The position numbers and the translations under genes were made by a program. The notes beneath the pieces are model-generated. The model was given only the letters and a program-made list of their open reading frames with translations. It was not told the origin of the DNA and did not search any database. From the NCBI GenBank assembly GCA_026994745.1, contig JALWPZ010000155.1, forward strand, positions 1-59,231: a stretch of 59,231 nt of DNA, in the 5' to 3' direction. Shown in pieces: positions 54,484 to 59,231 of the stretch (the stretch's first letter is position 1; the number at the start of each line of letters is the position of its first letter). Source of the DNA: Campylobacteraceae bacterium. Its GTDB lineage: Bacteria; Campylobacterota; Campylobacteria; Campylobacterales; Sulfurovaceae.

Positions 54484-55632
54484 GTGCCACTCTCCGTCGA
54501 TACCCTGATCATCGGGGCCGGTGCCGCCGGACTGATGTGCGCCGCACGTTTGCGCACGCGATCCGACTCCACCCTTCTTCTCGACGCCAATGATCGGATC
54601 GGGGCCAAAATTTCCATCAGTGGAGGAGGGCGCTGCAACGTGAGCAACCGGGTGCTCGACCCCTCCCACTACCGGGGAGATCCGGATTTCATCGACCTGG
54701 TCTTCCGAAGATACGACAACCGTTGGCTGACGCAATGGATCGAAAGCAGAGGCGTCGCCCTGCAGTGTGAAAAACGTCATCAATATTTCTGCGCCCGGGG
54801 GGCTTCGAGCCTGATCGACCTCTTCGCCCGGGAGACCGGAGGGATGCGGGTGCATCTGGGTGAAACGGTCCAGTCGGTGGAGGGGGAGGGCCCCTTTATC
54901 GTACGGACTTCGAAGCGAAACTACCGTACGAAGAATCTGGTGGTCGCCAGTGGGGGGTTGAGCTTTCCCCGTCTGGGTGCATCGGATATCGGATTGCGCA
55001 TCGCGGAAAGCTATGGGCATTCGATCGTTCTACCATTACCGGCGCTGGTGGGGCTGACTCTGCAGAAAGAGCAGTTCTTCATGAAGGAACTCAGTGGGAT
55101 CTCCCTGCCCGTGGTCATCGCCGTGGGGGGACGACGATACGAGGATCAGTTACTCTTCGCCCACAAGGGGATCAGCGGACCTACGGTCCTCAACGCATCC
55201 TTATGGTGGGACAGGGGAGAAGTCACCATCGATTTTCTGCCGGACTTCGATCTATCACGGCTCAAGGGTCCCAAGAAAGTTTCGACGCTTCTTCCCATGC
55301 CCCGCCGGGCGAGCAGAGCCTTCCTGGAACATTTGGGGGTGGAGGACAAAGCGGCCCAGCGCCTCAACGCCCGGGACCGGCAGCGATTGGCTCTTCTGCG
55401 ATCCTACCGCCTCGCCCCGGCGGGAACCTTCGGCTACTCCAAGGCGGAAGTGACCCGTGGTGGGATCGCCACCGGGGAGATCGATCCCGAAACGATGATG
55501 AGCCGCCGGGTCCGGGGACTCTATTTCCTCGGGGAGGCCCTGGACGTGACGGGGGAACTGGGAGGCTACAATTTCCAATGGGCCTTCTCCAGCGCCGCGG
55601 TCTGTGCCGACTCCCTCGCATCGGATCAGTAG
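54484..55632 (+). CDS. HI0933/BaiN-family flavoprotein
   Basis: GAGAAG, KISISGGGRCN, LFAHKGISGP, VTRGG, GGYNFQWAFSS. Confidence 0.94.
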   Translation: MPLSVDTLIIGAGAAGLMCAARLRTRSDSTLLLDANDRIGAKISISGGGRCNVSNRVLDPSHYRGDPDFIDLVFRRYDNRWLTQWIESRGVALQCEKRHQYFCARGASSLIDLFARETGGMRVHLGETVQSVEGEGPFIVRTSKRNYRTKNLVVASGGLSFPRLGASDIGLRIAESYGHSIVLPLPALVGLTLQKEQFFMKELSGISLPVVIAVGGRRYEDQLLFAHKGISGPTVLNASLWWDRGEVTIDFLPDFDLSRLKGPKKVSTLLPMPRRASRAFLEHLGVEDKAAQRLNARDRQRLALLRSYRLAPAGTFGYSKAEVTRGGIATGEIDPETMMSRRVRGLYFLGEALDVTGELGGYNFQWAFSSAAVCADSLASDQ

Positions 55633-55762
55633 TGGAACGATTGACGAATTCGACTCTAACAACATCACTGCACAATAACCCTAAAGTTAAACTGATAGAA
55701 TATCGTTCACGTTTTGTTTATCACTGACGAATATTTAACAAGTATCAAGAAGGCTGAAATAC

Positions 55763-57031
55763 ATGAGACGCTCTTTTCTGGCATTGGCCGCAACGACCCT
55801 ACTTCTGCTTCTGGCCGGCTGTGCCGGCCCCCATCTCGGCGATGCCAACGGCTGGAGCGATTCCCAGCGCATGGAGTTTGAGAAGGTGCTCGCTTCGGAT
55901 GCCTATGCCTCCCGCTGTCAATTGACCCCTCTCTATCAGAAGTACCTCCGCACCCGGGATACGGCGATCCTCTCCAAGATCCTCGTAGGTTACACGGAGA
56001 ACCTAGCCAACAGCTGCATCGACATTCCCGCCTACAAGAAGATCGAGAAAGAGCGAAGAAAGCGGAAGATTCATACCTATTTCGCGTTCCATACCCAGAG
56101 TGTCTCCGCTTCTTCGGTCCTATCGGACCTTCGATCAGGCAAGAGGATCGAAGAGATCCTGGCCCCCTATATGCCGGCCAATCCCGAGTTCTCCCGCCTG
56201 CTGAGCTACTATCGCAGCGGTTCGGTTTCCGGAGAGAACCATCGGAAGCTCTTCATGAGCCTGCAACGGGCCAAGGTGATGAGCGACGAAGGGTGGGAGA
56301 CCTATTTCCTAGTGAACATTCCCGAGTTCAAGGTCCGCTTCTTCGAGAACGGACAGCTGCGATTCGCGTTCCCCGTCGTCGTGGGACAGAAGAAGTGGCA
56401 GACCCCCATCTTCAGCGCCGAAATGAAATATGTGGTGCTCAACCCCACCTGGAACGTCCCCGACAATATCGCCCGGGCGGAGGAGATCCCCAACCTTCTG
56501 CGCCGCAAGGATTATTTCAAACGGAAACGGATGGTGGTCCTGCGGGACTACAGCATCGACTCCAAACCCGTCGATCCCCGGACCGTCAACTGGAGAAAAT
56601 ACCTGAGTCCCGAGTGGAAGAAAAAGGAGCTCCCCTACAAGCTGATCCAGTTGCCCGGACCCGGAAACGCCCTGGGGCGGGTCAAGTTCATGTTCCCCAA
56701 CAAGCACTCGGTCTATATGCACGATACCAATATGAAGAGCCTCTTCAAACGGAGCTATCGCGCCTACAGCCATGGATGCATCCGCCTGGCCAAGCCGATG
56801 ATGATGCTGGAGTACCTGGCGACCCACGGCTATCTGAACCACGACTGGCCGACGATCCAGGAGAAGTTGAAGACGATGAAGCTCCACGAAGTGGGGCTGC
56901 GTACCCCCATCCCCGTCCATATCGCGTACTTCACCGCCTACGCCGACGATTCGGGGCTGCATTTCTTCCCCGATGTCTACGGCTTCGACAAGATTATGCC
57001 CCTGAAAAAACCATCGGAGGAGGGGCGCTGA
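55763..57031 (+). CDS. L,D-transpeptidase lipoprotein (YcbB/LdtD-like)
   Basis: Lipobox LAGC; VNIP, NPTWNVP, NALGRVKFMFPN, HDT...SHGCIR. Confidence 0.92.
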   Translation: MRRSFLALAATTLLLLLAGCAGPHLGDANGWSDSQRMEFEKVLASDAYASRCQLTPLYQKYLRTRDTAILSKILVGYTENLANSCIDIPAYKKIEKERRKRKIHTYFAFHTQSVSASSVLSDLRSGKRIEEILAPYMPANPEFSRLLSYYRSGSVSGENHRKLFMSLQRAKVMSDEGWETYFLVNIPEFKVRFFENGQLRFAFPVVVGQKKWQTPIFSAEMKYVVLNPTWNVPDNIARAEEIPNLLRRKDYFKRKRMVVLRDYSIDSKPVDPRTVNWRKYLSPEWKKKELPYKLIQLPGPGNALGRVKFMFPNKHSVYMHDTNMKSLFKRSYRAYSHGCIRLAKPMMMLEYLATHGYLNHDWPTIQEKLKTMKLHEVGLRTPIPVHIAYFTAYADDSGLHFFPDVYGFDKIMPLKKPSEEGR

Positions 57032-57032
57032 G

Positions 57033-57782
57033 ATGGCGCTGCGCCCATGCAGCTACCGGGGAGGTGAGTATCCCATCGCCTATGAGGTGCTCAACCCCTC
57101 CCTCGAACCCACGATCCTCTTTCTTCATGGCTGGGGCAGCAACAAGGAGTTGATGCGCCAGGCCTTCGGGAAGCTCCTGCCCCGGTTCCGCCACCTCTAT
57201 ATCGATCTGCCCGGCTTCGGCAAGAGCCCCAACGATCGGTTCCTCAGCACCGCCGACTACGCCGGCATCGTCCGTGCTTTTCTGCAGGAGTTGCAGATCG
57301 CTCCTTCCGTCATCGCCGGCCACTCCTTCGGCGGCAAGGTGGCGACCCTGCTGGACTCCGACTGTCTGGTGCTCCTCTCTTCGGCGGGAGTCCTCGTCCC
57401 CAAACCCCTCTCGGTCCGTTTCAAGATCGCACTCTACAAAGCCCTCAAGCCCCTGGGCTTCGCCAAGCTGCGCGACCGCTTCGCCAGCAGCGATGTCCAG
57501 GGGATGAACCCGGGGATGTACGAGACCTTCAAGGCCACCGTCAACGAGGAGTTCGAAGGGAATTTCACCCATATTCACGGCAAGGCGTTGCTCTTCTGGG
57601 GCGAAGAAGATACGGCGACCCCCCTCTGGACCGGGGAGCGGATCGCCGATTTGATCCCCAACGCCAAGCTCTATCCCATGCAGGGAGACCACTACTTCTT
57701 CCTCGATCCCGTCAACGCGAAAGCCATTGCGGATATTATTAAAAAGGAGTGTGAGGGTGAGTCAGGAAGTGTCGATGGTTGA
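57033..57782 (+). CDS. Alpha/beta hydrolase
   Basis: LHGWG, DLPGFG, GHSFGG, WGEED, GDH. Confidence 0.92.
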   Translation: MALRPCSYRGGEYPIAYEVLNPSLEPTILFLHGWGSNKELMRQAFGKLLPRFRHLYIDLPGFGKSPNDRFLSTADYAGIVRAFLQELQIAPSVIAGHSFGGKVATLLDSDCLVLLSSAGVLVPKPLSVRFKIALYKALKPLGFAKLRDRFASSDVQGMNPGMYETFKATVNEEFEGNFTHIHGKALLFWGEEDTATPLWTGERIADLIPNAKLYPMQGDHYFFLDPVNAKAIADIIKKECEGESGSVDG

Positions 57783-57816
57783 AGGTTTATTTGCCCGGCC
57801 TGCGACAATGTCTACA

Positions 57817-57911
57817 GTCATTGGTCATTGGACATTGGTCATTGGGAGCGTTGCGACGCAACAACGCATACCAAAATTACTAGTTACCAGTTACTCGTTA
57901 CTAGTTTCTCA
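57817..57911 (+). repeat. Heptamer-flanked palindromic element, copy 4
   Basis: GTCATTG GTCATTG GACATTG GTCATTG GGA GCGTTGC-GAC-GCAAC(AAC)GC ATACCAAAA TTACTAG TTACCAG TTACTCG TTACTAG TTTCTCA. Confidence 0.9.
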
Positions 57912-57965
57912 ATTATTTCTCATTAAAAAATTTGCTTCCTCACTTGTCTTCCGAAGGAATCGTCC

Positions 57966-59231
57966 ATGCTGACCCTCGTGAATCTCATCGCCTACTTTCT
58001 GATGCTGGCCCTCCTGGGCTACTATATCATCGCGACCCTCCAGTGGTACAGCTATCGCCTGGAGCGGGTGATCTTCCACCACACCAAACCCTGGTGGAAC
58101 TACCTCTATTTCCTGCTTCCTTTTCTGAGCTACGATTTCGTCATGGGGGTCAGCCACGGGCGTTACGGCTTTGTGGTGGCATTGCTCTATCTGCCGCTTT
58201 TCGCCTTCTGGTATCGGGGGATCGACAAAAAGCTGGTGTTCACCGGGCGGGTCAAGCGTTTCTTCGCGGCCCTGGGGCTCTTCGGGCTTCTCTTCGCTCT
58301 GGCCTTCGGGCTCTACAGTACCTTCGTTCCCATCCTTCTGGCCTGGATCGTTTCGGTCGCCATCGAAAAGATACTCTTCGGCGCCTTTCGCCGCCGGGCC
58401 CAAAAGCGTCTGGAAGAGATGCCCGATCTGAAGGTGGTGGGGGTCACCGCCAGCTACGGCAAGACCAGCATCAAGAACTTCATCGCCACGGTTCTCTCGG
58501 AAAAGTATCGGGTCTACGCCACTCCCCGTTCGGTCAACACCCTGGGCGGGGTGATGAAGGATGTCAACGAGGATCTGCCCAGCGATGCGGAGATATTCGT
58601 TGTGGAGATGGGGGCCCGGGGGGAAGGGGACATCGCCGAGATCACCGAATTTGTCCGGCCCCACTACGCAGTGGTGGGGAAGATCGGCCCCGCCCACATC
58701 GAGTATTTCAAGACCCTGGAGAGGATCCGGGACACCAAACTGGAGATCCTCCGCTCCCCCCGCCTCATCGAAGCCTGGGTCCATGAGAGCGCGACGATCG
58801 ACGCCTCCGCCAACCCCAAGGTCCACATCTTCGGTCCCGAGATCGAGGAGGTGGAGGCGACCCTGGAGGGGATCTGCTTCACCCTGGAGGGGGAGCGCTA
58901 CTGCGCCAAAATTCTGGGAGCCTTCAACGCCATCAACCTGGCCGCGGCGATCCATGTGGCCAGGGCTTTGGGGCTGAGCCCCGAAGAGATCCGGCGGGGT
59001 CTGGAGAAGATCGAACCGGTCTCCCATCGCCTGCAGCGTATCGACGCCGGGGGCAAGGTGATCCTGGACGACAGCTTCAACGGCAACATCGACGGAATGA
59101 TGGCCTCCTTCGACCTGGCGGCCACCTGGCCGGGGCGGAAGGTCCTGATCACTCCGGGACTGGTGGAGGCCGACGAGAAACTCAACGAAGAGGTGGCGAA
59201 ACGGGCCAATGAGATCTTCGACCGGGTCGTC
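57966..59231 (+). CDS. murF: UDP-MurNAc-tripeptide--D-Ala-D-Ala ligase with N-terminal membrane domain (3' truncated by window)
   Basis: Manual translation MLTLVNL...LQWYSYRLERV...GVTASYGKTS...SVNT...VEMGA...HIEYF...ILDDSFN; GAAGGA SD; frame open to the window end (absent from the ORF track). Confidence 0.9.
   Translation, partial: MLTLVNLIAYFLMLALLGYYIIATLQWYSYRLERVIFHHTKPWWNYLYFLLPFLSYDFVMGVSHGRYGFVVALLYLPLFAFWYRGIDKKLVFTGRVKRFFAALGLFGLLFALAFGLYSTFVPILLAWIVSVAIEKILFGAFRRRAQKRLEEMPDLKVVGVTASYGKTSIKNFIATVLSEKYRVYATPRSVNTLGGVMKDVNEDLPSDAEIFVVEMGARGEGDIAEITEFVRPHYAVVGKIGPAHIEYFKTLERIRDTKLEILRSPRLIEAWVHESATIDASANPKVHIFGPEIEEVEATLEGICFTLEGERYCAKILGAFNAINLAAAIHVARALGLSPEEIRRGLEKIEPVSHRLQRIDAGGKVILDDSFNGNIDGMMASFDLAATWPGRKVLITPGLVEADEKLNEEVAKRANEIFDRVV

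Overview
Gene-dense, GC-rich chromosomal segment from a Campylobacterota bacterium, most likely Sulfurovaceae (Nitratifractor/Sulfurovum-like). This is an inference from the gene order tgt/COG3400-aroB-mscS-mtaB-ftsH-like-bioV, the membrane-anchored MurF and the HQWRQP kinase H-box. The window holds about 58 CDS and one tRNA-Thr(CGT). Mostly housekeeping: rpmH-rnpA-yidC-jag-mnmE, tgt, aroB, mtaB, mog, gltA, thiL, trpB, lepA, yggS, rseP, murF. There is also an accessory-looking block (two-component pair, lipoproteins, aqpZ, secreted Ntn hydrolase, Tat amidohydrolase, OM barrel) and a polar amino-acid ABC transporter. I saw no integrase, transposase, prophage, CRISPR array or rRNA. The strongest unexplained signal is non-coding: a dispersed element found four times (9.7, 44.8, 49.0 and 57.8 kb). 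It has a conserved core GCGTTGC-NNN-GCAACGC plus an ACCAAAA-like linker, abutted by tandem 7-bp arrays whose unit differs between loci but mostly follows one degenerate code (YNMYYMR) pointing away from the core. Related heptamer arrays overlap the stop codons of tgt, lepA and bioV. Other notable points: rnpA has no canonical start codon, there is a CGTC-type REP dimer, and the spacer after gltA is structured. All product names come from motif recognition, not database searches.
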